DNA of 64,000 nucleotides, taken from a virus (Duplodnaviria; Caudoviricetes). The position numbers and the translations under genes were made by a program. This document shows, piece after piece, positions 40,911 to 51,179 of this stretch. A model generated the notes under the pieces. It did not search any database, was not told the origin of the DNA, and saw nothing but the letters and a program-made list of their open reading frames with translations. Location: positions 15,135 to 79,134 of IMG/VR virus record IMGVR_UViG_3300028454_000499; one strand, given 5' to 3'. The number at the start of each line of letters is the position of its first letter. Position 1 is the stretch's first letter.

Positions 40911-41707
40911 TAGCACTGACCGATTACTGTTCAATGGGCTGCAACCACTGTTTAAGCGATTGCACCACAGACGGAAAACACATAACCATAGAACAACTGA
41001 AAAAGAACCTGGATTTTGCCTATGACCTAATCGGTCATTCCACCATGCAGTGCATTGTTTTCTCCGGTGGTGAACCTTTCGAGCACCCAGAAATAAAACA
41101 GATTTTAGAGGTAATCACGGCGTATCAAAAAAGATTCCCACAGGTAGGGACTATTATCGCTACTAATGGTTATCCGCTGGCACACGACAAAGACCTGTAT
41201 AACTGGTACAGAGATTTTACAAAAAACCATGCAAGAAATCTTCTCACACAAGTTACCGCAGTTAAGGAATATTACCCCAAACACCTTATCGAAAAAGATG
41301 TGTACTGGCTGAACAAAATAAAAAATTGCTCCGTGGTTGACGAAAAAAGCGAGATAAACCTTTATCCGCAAGGCCGCGCATTAACCTTGGATTCCCCTCA
41401 ATGGGACACAAAAGCCCCAAAGTGCGTAAACCTACGCCTTATGTCAAAGCAAACCCAAGAAACGAGTTTCAAGCACATAGTCAACATGATGCCCGTTGGC
41501 AAATACTGTACGCCACGCATCAACATAGATGGCTCTATTTCCCTCGGTGAATCCCGGCTCTGTCCTCCGATTGGTACAGTTCATGATGACCTGCGCGTTT
41601 TAGGCGAAAAGGTCAAGAAGTTTAACTGTAAAGGCTGCTCTATCTCGCTAGAGATTCTAAAAGAAACAAACGCACTGGCTTATAATATGATAGCAAGGGT
41701 TGACTAA
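40904..41707 (+). CDS. Radical SAM protein
   Basis: CSMGCNHC (CxxxCxxC), SGGEP, TNG; extra C-terminal cysteines. Confidence 0.9.
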   Translation: MLIALTDYCSMGCNHCLSDCTTDGKHITIEQLKKNLDFAYDLIGHSTMQCIVFSGGEPFEHPEIKQILEVITAYQKRFPQVGTIIATNGYPLAHDKDLYNWYRDFTKNHARNLLTQVTAVKEYYPKHLIEKDVYWLNKIKNCSVVDEKSEINLYPQGRALTLDSPQWDTKAPKCVNLRLMSKQTQETSFKHIVNMMPVGKYCTPRINIDGSISLGESRLCPPIGTVHDDLRVLGEKVKKFNCKGCSISLEILKETNALAYNMIARVD

Positions 41708-42165
41708 TGAAATACTTATTCTTAGACATTGACGGCGTGATAAATCCGAATGATAACCGCATTATTCTTGATTTAGAAAATCAATTAGAAAAAGACGAAC
41801 CATTTGAGTTCTTAAAACAAATCATTGATTCTACAGGTGCTAAGATTATCTTATCTTCCTCGTGGCGCATAGGCTATGAACGAGGGGCATGCAAACTTCT
41901 ATCCCGGCGTTTAGCCGAATGGAACATGACCATAGAAGATATAACCCCGATAAGAAAAGATAGCCGACGCGGAAAAGAAATTCAAGACTGGCTTATAGCA
42001 CATGACTATGATGAAACCACTGATACCTTCGCTATTCTGGATGACGAAGATTTTGATATTGCAGACATCTATCCAGAGCAAATGGTAAAGACCGATGGAA
42101 AGATTGGCCTACAGGCAGAACAAGTCGAAAAATGTATTAAGATACTGAATGGAGAAATCAAGTAA
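41707..42165 (+). CDS. HAD-superfamily protein (SAK_2-like)
   Basis: FLDIDGVIN, ILSSSWR, RGKEIQDWL, AILDD motifs. Confidence 0.85.
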   Translation: MKYLFLDIDGVINPNDNRIILDLENQLEKDEPFEFLKQIIDSTGAKIILSSSWRIGYERGACKLLSRRLAEWNMTIEDITPIRKDSRRGKEIQDWLIAHDYDETTDTFAILDDEDFDIADIYPEQMVKTDGKIGLQAEQVEKCIKILNGEIK

Positions 42166-42177
42166 ACTGGAGGAATT

Positions 42178-42698
42178 ATGGTGGACCATATCGAAAAAGA
42201 TAACTGCCAATTATTTAACACTGGCCGCTTCAATGATATTGTGTTAGCCTATCTTGTTGTTGCCATGAAAACGGCTGACACGCCACACAGCGAAGCAATG
42301 AAGCTGCTTGATACATTTAATCACACCTTAGACAATCTGACCGCAGAAGAAGCTCTGGAGCGTTACAGAGGTGGTATCCAATGAGCGAAATCGAGTGCCC
42401 TTTATGCAGACAAAACATGACCAACGATGGCAGCTATTATGTATGTGAGTGGTGTGGGTATAAACAGAGAAAAATACAGAGTAAAAGCACATATCCCCTC
42501 AAAGAGATAAGGGCTATGTCCAACGCAGAACTGCTCACAACTTACAGAGCACAATGCGAACAGCTAATCATAGAATGTAATTCTCGCCGTGGCGAAACCA
42601 AGCGCACCACCACCAATGTCGCAAGACTAGAGAAAGAATTAAAGAAACGGCTGGATATTCCGGATGATTACATAGTAAGTATGGATGATAGGATATAA
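42178..42698 (+). other. Two small genes (42178-42384; 42381-42698 with an N-terminal zinc ribbon CPLC..CEWC)
   Basis: SDs, ATGA overlap; followed by hairpin CAGGAGGG-tgaag-CCCTCCTG at about 42702-42722. Confidence 0.6.
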
Positions 42699-42969
42699 AA
42701 CAGGAGGGTGAAGCCCTCCTGCTATTACCTAAAGTGAGCATTTTTGCTCGTAGGATTGGATAAAATATCCCCGAATCGAACAACCCTGTTTTGTAATCGC
42801 CAAATTCTAAATAGGTATACATGAATAAACGCCTCATGTAAATACGGGATATAAAAAAATATCCCCATTCGGGGATATTTTATCTAATTCTATCCGAACT
42901 AGAATGAAAAAGTTGTTATATGGCTATTATACCACATCAGCTTTTGCTTTTCAAATGGAGGGCTATAAA

Positions 42970-43071
42970 ATGAGGTCACTATTAGACATGATTATCAACA
43001 GTGCCTTTATTGCTTTATTCTTTTGGCTAATCATAATCGTGCTTTTCCTCCTCATTGGCGCATTTTTTTGA
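42970..43071 (+). CDS. 33-aa single-TM peptide (type I toxin-like; not in ORF track)
   Basis: MRSLLDMIINSAFIALFFWLIIIVLFLLIGAFF; SD GGAGGG; terminator AATCCCGTAGA..TCTACGGGATT follows. Confidence 0.55.
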   Translation: MRSLLDMIINSAFIALFFWLIIIVLFLLIGAFF

Positions 43072-43200
43072 CATAATGTACATAAATCCACACAAAAATC
43101 CCGTAGACACCCCAAATGGCTCTCTACGGGATTTTCTTTATCTATGCAACAGTTTATATGCGTAAATCGCTTAACGCCCCTCTACGGCGATTCTGGACGT

Positions 43201-43725
43201 TCATTCTTCAACATACTCCGGCAAAACCAACATACTTAGGTCAATCGGGCTTCTAACCGTCTTTAATCGTATTCCTTTTTCAGCCCTGCTCTTTTCCGAA
43301 TCCGAGATTTGTCTGGCAGCATAAACATAGAACCAATCCCCATGCGCCCTATGCGACCAGACCAGCGGACTATTCCTTAGATTTTTTCCATTGACAAAAT
43401 GCGTTGATACCAACGCAGCATACATATCCTTAGTTTTAACGTCAAGCCGTATTAGGCCTATCTGATAGTCAATTTTTCCCGCAAAAGCATCGCCGCTTTT
43501 CCCTGCCATGCCCGACGTATAAATCATCTTTTCCCAGTAATATATACTCTGGATATGACCATCTTTATCCCGGTAAATCTGCACAGAATCCGCATCAAAA
43601 TACTCCAGCGGCAAATCCGTCCTTCCCTCTATTTCCGGCACATGAAACATAACCCAGCTGGCAGCGTTCCCCACAGGCACGAACAGAGAAAACACCAGAG
43701 CCATCAGACACACAATGCGTATCAT
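43201..43725 (-). CDS. Secreted hypothetical protein
   Basis: Signal peptide MIRIVCLMALVFSLFVPVGNA. Confidence 0.65.
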   Translation of the reverse strand: MIRIVCLMALVFSLFVPVGNAASWVMFHVPEIEGRTDLPLEYFDADSVQIYRDKDGHIQSIYYWEKMIYTSGMAGKSGDAFAGKIDYQIGLIRLDVKTKDMYAALVSTHFVNGKNLRNSPLVWSHRAHGDWFYVYAARQISDSEKSRAEKGIRLKTVRSPIDLSMLVLPEYVEE

Positions 43726-44156
43726 TTCTTCTCCTTTATCTGCAACTCATACCCCAGAATATCCAACACCGCCTGCAACTCATTGACCTTAAAGGTTTCA
43801 TGGTTAATCTTATAGGCAAACGTAGGCTGAACATAGGTGGCCCCGGTCCGTTCATTATAAATCCGGCGCACATCTTCCTTAGTCACTCCATGAGCCTCAA
43901 AGATGGATTCAATGACCTCCTTAATCGGTGTCATCGGCAGTTCAACCTTGCCCTTGACAATCACCGGGACATACCCCAGAATATCACAGACCACCTGCAA
44001 CTCACTGGCCTTCAAGGTTTCCTTGTTTATCTTATAAGCAAAAGACGGCTGCGTGAAACTTGCCCCGGTCCTCGCATTATATTCATCAGTAAGCCTCTGT
44101 TGCGTAACCTTCCTGGCAGCCATCATCGTCTTTATGGTTTTCTTCACTTCAAACAT
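43722..44156 (-). CDS. Tandem-duplicated HTH-like protein
   Basis: Two copies of YN.RTGA...QP.FAYKIN.ET.K..ELQ.V.DILGY. Confidence 0.7.
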   Translation of the reverse strand: MFEVKKTIKTMMAARKVTQQRLTDEYNARTGASFTQPSFAYKINKETLKASELQVVCDILGYVPVIVKGKVELPMTPIKEVIESIFEAHGVTKEDVRRIYNERTGATYVQPTFAYKINHETFKVNELQAVLDILGYELQIKEKK

Positions 44157-44225
44157 AACTGTACCTCATTTCTCTTAATAATTATAACAAAGAAACCGCC
44201 AAGGATAAACCTCGGCGGCCTACTT

Positions 44226-44768
44226 TCATTGCTTCCGCTTGCACTTTTCACAATAACTGCAAACGGTCTTATCGTCCCTAAACCTTTCCGCAAGATACTC
44301 CGGGATTTTACATTTCCGCTGAAACTTCATCGCAGCATCCATCGGATACGCCACCTTGACCACGGGACTGCCGGCCTCGTAAATCGGCGAATCCGCACGG
44401 AGAAGCACATCCAGGCCCTCGGCGTACTTACGAATCGTATTCAGCCGCTTGCTCACAGCTTGATGGGTAATCCCCATACGCTCCCCGATTTCATCATAAG
44501 TCATCCCCTTGGTAACCATCACGATTACCTTCCAGTTATCCTCCGAAAGCTGCTCCCGCAGGCTTACCAAGGCTTTCTGCAACGCAGCTTCGCGTTCCTT
44601 CTCGATCAGAATATCTGCCGGGTCACGCGGAATCTTCGCATAATCCTCCGGCAAAGGCTTCTTGTTCTCGCTCCAGTCAAGGAACTCCAGCCGGTTCAAG
44701 GTATCCCCAAGAGTTACCCTGCCAGCCGTGAAATCCTCGACAAGCTGACGGAGATAATCAACAGCCAC
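44226..44768 (-). CDS. Sigma-70 region-4-like transcriptional regulator (probable late activator)
   Basis: LSEDNWKVIVMVTKGMTYDEIGERMGITHQAVSKRL HTH; C-terminal Cys pairs. Confidence 0.75.
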   Translation of the reverse strand: MAVDYLRQLVEDFTAGRVTLGDTLNRLEFLDWSENKKPLPEDYAKIPRDPADILIEKEREAALQKALVSLREQLSEDNWKVIVMVTKGMTYDEIGERMGITHQAVSKRLNTIRKYAEGLDVLLRADSPIYEAGSPVVKVAYPMDAAMKFQRKCKIPEYLAERFRDDKTVCSYCEKCKRKQ

Positions 44769-45072
44769 TTGCGATTACCTCCCGCGCATCCCTGGCCTTT
44801 TTAATCGTATTCAACTTGTACTCTGACGTAGCAAATCGCATATTATAGCCTACCTTTGAGCCAAAGAACTGACAGCGGCGCACGATAGAACCATCCGGCA
44901 GCACTCTGACCCCCTTATCCTTCTTTCCCAATTCCTCCTTGGCATCCACATAACGGACATCCGCGGAAATTTTGAGCAGTTCTTCAAGTGTCCTGGTAAG
45001 ATTGTCCGATTCGATTAACAGACGGTAAAGGTCACCGCTGTTATTCAAATCCACGAGTACAGAGTAAATCAA
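44758..45072 (-). CDS. Hypothetical protein
   Basis: Coupled ORF in the operon. Confidence 0.6.
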   Translation of the reverse strand: MIYSVLVDLNNSGDLYRLLIESDNLTRTLEELLKISADVRYVDAKEELGKKDKGVRVLPDGSIVRRCQFFGSKVGYNMRFATSEYKLNTIKKARDAREVIASGC

Positions 45073-45488
45073 ATGCCCGTGCTCCCAAAGCCGCCCCGGT
45101 TGGTACTCCCAAGGTCATTACGCACACTGAACTTAACCGCTTTCATCACCGGCACAATACGGAACTGTGCAATACGGTCACCCTTTTTAATGACCCCATC
45201 CTCCATGGCGATTGCCGGGAACTGCCATTCGTCACCATTGCCACAATAAGCATTGTCAATGATTCCCGTGGAATTCACCAGCAGAACCTTATACTTCTTG
45301 AAGGTAGAACTGCGCGGCAGCAGATGCCCTTCATAGCCCTGCGGCAACTTCATGGCCACCCCCAAAGGAATCATCACAAAGTCACCCTTCTTATATTTCA
45401 CGGTCATGCCGGCCTTCAAATCCACCCAATCCCCATGACGTTCCGGGAGCGACCCTGGGCGAATCACCTTTACTTTGATATTTACCAT
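45069..45488 (-). CDS. dut: dUTPase (trimeric)
   Basis: PRSS, GIIDNAYCG, GDRIAQ, RGGFGSTG motifs. Confidence 0.92.
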   Translation of the reverse strand: MVNIKVKVIRPGSLPERHGDWVDLKAGMTVKYKKGDFVMIPLGVAMKLPQGYEGHLLPRSSTFKKYKVLLVNSTGIIDNAYCGNGDEWQFPAIAMEDGVIKKGDRIAQFRIVPVMKAVKFSVRNDLGSTNRGGFGSTGI

Positions 45489-45633
45489 TACCTAACTCCT
45501 TATTTTTCCTCGAACACCCAAGCCAAAAGCCATGCGACCAAGGAAGTCCAAAACATTGCTCCATATACGTTATCCAACGGCGATATAATCAGAAAAACCA
45601 TCGCCAGCAGGAAACACCCCTCTTTTATCGGTT

Positions 45634-46248
45634 TCATGCGTTCACCCCCGTAAGCCCCAGTTCTTTCGCATACGGCAGACCTGCGATAAATTCATCACAG
45701 AACCAACGCCACTGCGGCAGCCGATGCGTATGCCGCTGAAAATACATCGTGCGGAGCTGGGCATAATTCGTAGAAATCCCCGCCGCAAGGCATATCCCCT
45801 CCGGCATATTCGCCTTAACCCGGAGCAGATTTTCCTCCGTAGGATTCAGCGCATAATCATCGACAATCCCCTCGAACAGCGCAAGGATTTTCTCGTCCAC
45901 CAGCCCATCGGCCATACGCTGATAATCCAGTGCCTTGCCCCGGTGCATGGTGCTCTGGGAATTTTTCGTGGTGAATACCCCGTAGGTATCAAACTGCGCC
46001 CAGAAATACCGCGGAGCCAGCAAATCAAAATCCACATGAATCTGCCGCAGGAACTTATCGTCCCCATGCCCAATCGGCGAGTGACCAAGATTACTGCCCA
46101 GGCGAAGCATATCCTCCACGGTACGCTTATCAAGGGACATATCCTCATTGACCACCGTAGCCATCGGATAACCGGCACGAATCAGTGCCTCCCGGATGCC
46201 GTACACATTCACATTGAACACCTTGAACAACCTGTCATTCATCTGCAT
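45634..46248 (-). CDS. Phage ThyX-like protein
   Basis: APRYFWAQFDTY...SQSTMHR...NYAQLRTMYFQRHTHRLPQW; next to dut and RNR. Confidence 0.6.
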   Translation of the reverse strand: MQMNDRLFKVFNVNVYGIREALIRAGYPMATVVNEDMSLDKRTVEDMLRLGSNLGHSPIGHGDDKFLRQIHVDFDLLAPRYFWAQFDTYGVFTTKNSQSTMHRGKALDYQRMADGLVDEKILALFEGIVDDYALNPTEENLLRVKANMPEGICLAAGISTNYAQLRTMYFQRHTHRLPQWRWFCDEFIAGLPYAKELGLTGVNA

Positions 46249-46400
46249 ATCTGATAATTTCCTTTCGTACTACACATGAAATTCCATTTTTCATCCTTAT
46301 GCGGCAGGTATCCTCTGCAACTTCTGCTATTGTTCCTTGGAAGAAATATGGCAGCCTCGTGGTGGGCAGGATTTCCTTCCACTGAACCTTTGTTCCAACC

Positions 46401-46622
46401 TTATACTTCATGGTTCACCTTGACCACGCCGGATGCGTCCTTCCACTTTTCCGAATCATCCGTGAACATAATCTTGACCCTCTGCTTTTCAGCACCGTTC
46501 TCGTCAAAATCCCACTTAATCGCTACGATATGCCCTCTATGCGGGTAAACCGTATTGCGAAGTGTCGGAACAATTACCTCGTCCAACAGAGAAAGCCTGT
46601 TGTTAGCCATATCTGTAAACAT
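46401..46622 (-). CDS. Hypothetical protein
   Basis: Coupled ORF with GGAGG SD. Confidence 0.55.
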   Translation of the reverse strand: MFTDMANNRLSLLDEVIVPTLRNTVYPHRGHIVAIKWDFDENGAEKQRVKIMFTDDSEKWKDASGVVKVNHEV

Positions 46623-46694
46623 TCTTATCCTCCATACCCTCTTAGAACCATCAGACAGGCCAAAACCTGTCCAATAGTCATCCGAGGGAACATA

Positions 46695-48929
46695 CTATTC
46701 GCAAGCGTTATATCCGCAGTTATCGCAGGTCCAGCACTTCGCTTCCGGGCGCAGAGTATGCTTATGACACTCCGGACACTCACGCAGACCATCGTCCTGC
46801 GGCGGTTCATCGGCTGCCATAGGTTCTGCCGGAGCAGCCAGTTTCCGGCCCATGGATAATTCCATCGCATCAGCAATGGCATTGCTGCATGAGAGCGATA
46901 CATCCTTCCCCTGCCGGCGAAGCACCTGGCAAGCAGGACACTTATTGGCGCGAAGTTCATCAATGATTTTCTTCACCTTCACCCCACTGCGGAGAGCCAA
47001 AGAAATGAGCCTTGTAATCGTATTGATATTCGACTTGCAGCCACCGGACGGATTCGTAAAGACCTCGAACACATGACCGTCCGGCGTTTTATTCGTCGTG
47101 ACATACATGGAACTTACACAAGAGGTCTGCTCCCGTACCGTAGAACCATCCACAATCTTCACTTCCCTGCGGCTTTCCTTCGGTTCGATGGTGTCATAAT
47201 CCGGAGTTACGGGTTCACCCTGCGTTTTATCACTGACCCCAAGGATATTGCCACGCTTGCACCCATCACGGAACACCGTAATGCCTTTAAGCCCCTGCTT
47301 CCATGCGGTCCTATAGATTTCCTCAATTTCCTCCACCGTAGCCGAGTTCGGCAGATTCACTGTAGAAGAAATCGCATTATCCACATAATCCTGTAGTACA
47401 CCTTGGAACGCCACACGCTCCATCGGCGGCACCTCATGGGATTCAATGAGGAACGGAAACCGCTTTTTCGCTTCTTCCGGGGAAATATCTTCGCACCCAT
47501 GATATTTCAGCAGGTCAGCCACGCCACGCGCATACACCGTAAAGGTCTTGCCACTGTCCTCCATGGAATGAGAAGTGCGCTGATAAGCGATTTTATACAT
47601 CGGCTCGATACCACCGGTAAACCCACCGGCAAACAGAGAAATCGTGCCTGTAGGCGCAATAGAAAGCAGTGTCCCATTACGCAGCCCCGCAAGTTCAATC
47701 AGATGGCGAACTTCGGGGAACGCCTTGATTACCGGAGATTCCAACGTCTTTTCAAGGTCAAACTTCCGGAACGTCCCCTTCTCGGCAGCCAGCGATGCAG
47801 AGGTCATAAGTGCCTGCTGCATGATAATTTCCATAATGTCCGCTGCCACCCATCGCGATTTCTCCGAACCATAGCGAATTCCCATGGCCACAAAAGCATC
47901 GGCAAGACCGAACACACCAAGACCAATACTGCGCCAATCCGCAATGGTTTCCCGGTTCAAATCCAGCGGCTGCATATCATAGCCATAATCAAGAATTTCA
48001 TCCAGCATCCGCACGGCAATGTCGGTAACCTCACGCAGATGGTCCTCGTCAACCGCCGCATGGTCAGTGAACTTATCCTTGATGACGTTGTAAATATTGA
48101 TGGAACCCAGATTGCAGGAGTTGCCGCCATTACCGAAGAACTCCGCGCAAGGATTCGATACGTCGATTTTATACTCCGGATAACCAGAGAGCAGATTGAA
48201 ACCGCGTACCCGGTCAATAAAGATTGCGCCGGGGTCTCCCCAATCCCACTGCGTTTCACAGAACTCACGGAAGAAAGAACGCGCATCAATGGTTTTCTCT
48301 ATATGCCCCGTTTCCGGGCTGTCATAGGAGAGTTTGAACGGCTGATTTTTCTCCACGGCTTCCATAAACTCATTCGTGAACTTGATGGAGATATTCATAG
48401 AGGACAGCTTGGAGCCATCCTGCTTAATCCGCAGAAATTCCTCAATATCGGGATGGTCACACCGCAGACCGACCATGAGTGCTGCCCTGCGCCCATTCTG
48501 ACCAATCGTGCCGCCGGTCACATCAAAGATATTAAGAAAAGACACCGCCCCGGTAGAAGTCATCGCACTGTTATTTACCGGAGCATCCTTGGGGCGCAGA
48601 TTATCAATAGCCAGCCCACAGCCACCGCCATAGGACGAAATACGGGCAATCATCTTCGCCGTATCAAAGATGGATTCAATATTATCCTCCGGCGTAGGCA
48701 GCACATAGCAATTACTCATGCTCACCTTGCGCTCACCCTTATAGCCCGCACCGAACAACGTGCGCCCGGCAGGGAGGAAATCTGCGTTCTCCAGAACCTT
48801 CTTAGCCTTTGGTTTCAGTTCATCGCTGAATATAGAAGCCACACGGTCTATGAACTGCTCCGGCTTCTCACCTTCATGCAGATACTTTCTTTCCATGATG
48901 CCCATGGAAATCTCGTTATCGTACCACAT
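46695..48929 (-). CDS. nrdJ: Class II (B12-dependent) ribonucleotide reductase
   Basis: SNCYV, NPCAE, CNLGSIN, IAPTGTIS, GIEP, KGITVFRDG; C-terminal TSCPD-like region and zinc ribbon; no beta subunit gene. Confidence 0.92.
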   Translation of the reverse strand: MWYDNEISMGIMERKYLHEGEKPEQFIDRVASIFSDELKPKAKKVLENADFLPAGRTLFGAGYKGERKVSMSNCYVLPTPEDNIESIFDTAKMIARISSYGGGCGLAIDNLRPKDAPVNNSAMTSTGAVSFLNIFDVTGGTIGQNGRRAALMVGLRCDHPDIEEFLRIKQDGSKLSSMNISIKFTNEFMEAVEKNQPFKLSYDSPETGHIEKTIDARSFFREFCETQWDWGDPGAIFIDRVRGFNLLSGYPEYKIDVSNPCAEFFGNGGNSCNLGSINIYNVIKDKFTDHAAVDEDHLREVTDIAVRMLDEILDYGYDMQPLDLNRETIADWRSIGLGVFGLADAFVAMGIRYGSEKSRWVAADIMEIIMQQALMTSASLAAEKGTFRKFDLEKTLESPVIKAFPEVRHLIELAGLRNGTLLSIAPTGTISLFAGGFTGGIEPMYKIAYQRTSHSMEDSGKTFTVYARGVADLLKYHGCEDISPEEAKKRFPFLIESHEVPPMERVAFQGVLQDYVDNAISSTVNLPNSATVEEIEEIYRTAWKQGLKGITVFRDGCKRGNILGVSDKTQGEPVTPDYDTIEPKESRREVKIVDGSTVREQTSCVSSMYVTTNKTPDGHVFEVFTNPSGGCKSNINTITRLISLALRSGVKVKKIIDELRANKCPACQVLRRQGKDVSLSCSNAIADAMELSMGRKLAAPAEPMAADEPPQDDGLRECPECHKHTLRPEAKCWTCDNCGYNACE

Positions 48930-50006
48930 TAGGCGAGAAGTTCCTTTCTGCGCTCTTTCAGCGATTCGATTTCCCTTGCCCTACGAGAGATTTCCTCATT
49001 GATTTCTTCTACTTCCCTGGCCTTATCAACGGAAACAGCATATCCCTTTAGAATCGCCGCATACTCGTCACAGCTAAGTTTTTCGCCGTTTTCGTCCAGA
49101 ATATCGCCATTTTCCATCATGGAATACGGAGAACAATAGTTTTCGCCATCCTCCGGGTCCACCAGAGAAAAGAACTTGCCGACCTTAATCCCCAGCGCAT
49201 CCGTAATGCGTTCCACTTTGGTCAGCTTGGCCAGTTGAAGTTCATTGTATTTAACACTGTTTCCGTTATCCCACTGAACTTCATAAAGCGGCTCACCGGT
49301 ATATCCGGATTCATACGCCGAAATCACCGTACCATAGTTATCATCCGGATTTCCGTAGAGATTTCCCCACGGCTTAACCCGCTCACCGACTCTAAACTTA
49401 AAAGAAGCCACGCTATCATTCCCCCTCGCGGATGCTTTCCAGTTCTTCCTCACGAACCCTAATCTTTTCCGAGAGTTCTTCCGTTGTATCCTCCAGCTTT
49501 TCGCGCAGTTCCTTAATTTCGCCCTCCAGCTGAACTTCCCGGTCACTGATGAATGTCAGTCTATTCATCAATAACGCCTCAAATTCACCCCCACTAAGCG
49601 TATCGTTGTTGCAATCCAAGAACTGCTCCCCGTCAAACATATACGGGCCATAATTAAGTCTGTCACCATCTTCATCATGCAGGTAGAACTTCTGCCCCTC
49701 ATAAAGCCCCAAGGCATCTGCGACCTTTTCAATCCTATTCAGCGGAGCGATTTCACACTCCTCACAGAAATAACAGGAGGACTTTCCCGGGAATCTGCGT
49801 TCTTCAACGGTAAGAGAATACGGTCCCTTGTGCATGAAGTCGTTTTCCTTATCCCATTCGACCAAAATGCTGTTATCATCCATTTTCACCACAGTGCCGA
49901 AACACTTATTCTTCATCCTAAAAGCCAGTTCGCCCGCAGCCTTTACGCGCATACCAAGGTAACAATCTTTATATTCCATGAATCCATCCGTCCTTTTCTT
50001 CGTCAA
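48929..50006 (-). other. Two related hypothetical genes (real starts about 49411 and 49979), each SH3-like N-terminus + shared middle + coiled-coil tail
   Basis: KVERITDALG.KVG.KF..D.DG vs RIEKVADALGLYEG.KF...DEDG. Confidence 0.6.
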
Positions 50007-50442
50007 ATAATCGAATTACACACTCTACCCTCGGATTCTGCCGGTCAATAGCAAAATCAATGTACCGCGGCAAAGCCCAACGGTCATTATCAAACACTCC
50101 GGCGTGTTCCAAGGCATCAAAAATCGCTTTCCCCTGGTTATCAACGTCACGCTTTCTGGCATCCGGCCAGTACGTCATAATGTCGATGACAACCTTGGTG
50201 CTTTCGGTGGTTTTCCACCCCTGTTCCTCCATAGCCTTGGCAATGATTTCCTCCGCAGCAGCGAACCACTCTTTCGCTTTCGCCGTGCGGATTCTCTTGC
50301 CGAACTTCGTAGTGAAGTACAGAGCGTTAATCGAAGGAACCGGGGGAAGTACCACCTTTAAGACATCAGCAGGCAAATACGCCCTCGCCGTCCCAATCAT
50401 CTGCCGGCACATCCTCTGCCGGAGAGATACGATAACTTTCAT
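49969..50442 (-). CDS. rusA: RusA-like Holliday junction resolvase
   Basis: PSINALY, RKRDVDN..KAIFDAL...DND, NPRVEC motifs. Confidence 0.85.
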   Translation of the reverse strand: MKVIVSLRQRMCRQMIGTARAYLPADVLKVVLPPVPSINALYFTTKFGKRIRTAKAKEWFAAAEEIIAKAMEEQGWKTTESTKVVIDIMTYWPDARKRDVDNQGKAIFDALEHAGVFDNDRWALPRYIDFAIDRQNPRVECVIRLFDEEKDGWIHGI

Positions 50443-51142
50443 CGTTCTTTACCAGAGAATACCAATAAGCATACTGTCTTGCCTTGTCCCGGTCAGAATC
50501 AGCCTGCCCCTTAAAATTGGCTCTCATGCTATACTTGACGAAATTCCCCAGCAGGAATCCTTTGAACTGCTCCGCAGTAAAAAGCGTCTGCATTACTTCC
50601 AGCGGCTGCATAGCGGCGTTCTTATAATGCTCCTGCTTATCAGCCAGCCCCGTGGTAACTTCATCGTCAACAATAGTTGCACAGCACATGGGGAACCAGT
50701 TTTCGCAATCGTCCTTGAACGTGTTGTCCGAAAAATCCACTTCTTCCACTACACGCGTAGTACCGCAATATTCCTTTCGGCTTCTATAGAACGGCATATT
50801 CGGGGTCTTAATGTCCCCATCTTCGTCAACGCCAAATTCCTCTGCTATGGAATCCCAGGAACGAATCAGAACCCTGTCCCCTGCCTTTAATGCTCTCGGC
50901 TCTTTCGCAGCCTTCAAGGTGTTTTTGGCGAACCAATATGTGTCCACCCCCTCCAGCATATAGCTGTCATCGTATTCATCGACTGAGGCAATCTGCCGAA
51001 CCTCACCACAGTAGCGGCTCATACCTCCGACAAATGAAGGAAGTACCTTAATACGCCCATCAATTTCACCATAGAGTTTCGCCATTTCTTCCCATGGACG
51101 AATACGAACATAATCACCTTTGCTGAACTTACATTTTCCCAT
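50366..51142 (-). CDS. Protein with tandem SH3-like domains and C-terminal DUF3310-like domain
   Basis: KGDYVRIRPW / AGDRVLIRSW repeat; HYKNAAMQPLEVM...FLLGNFVKYSMRANFKG. Confidence 0.7.
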   Translation of the reverse strand: MGKCKFSKGDYVRIRPWEEMAKLYGEIDGRIKVLPSFVGGMSRYCGEVRQIASVDEYDDSYMLEGVDTYWFAKNTLKAAKEPRALKAGDRVLIRSWDSIAEEFGVDEDGDIKTPNMPFYRSRKEYCGTTRVVEEVDFSDNTFKDDCENWFPMCCATIVDDEVTTGLADKQEHYKNAAMQPLEVMQTLFTAEQFKGFLLGNFVKYSMRANFKGQADSDRDKARQYAYWYSLVKNDESYRISPAEDVPADDWDGEGVFAC

Positions 51143-51179
51143 GCTTATTACTCCTTTGTTTAACAACTGTTACTTATAA

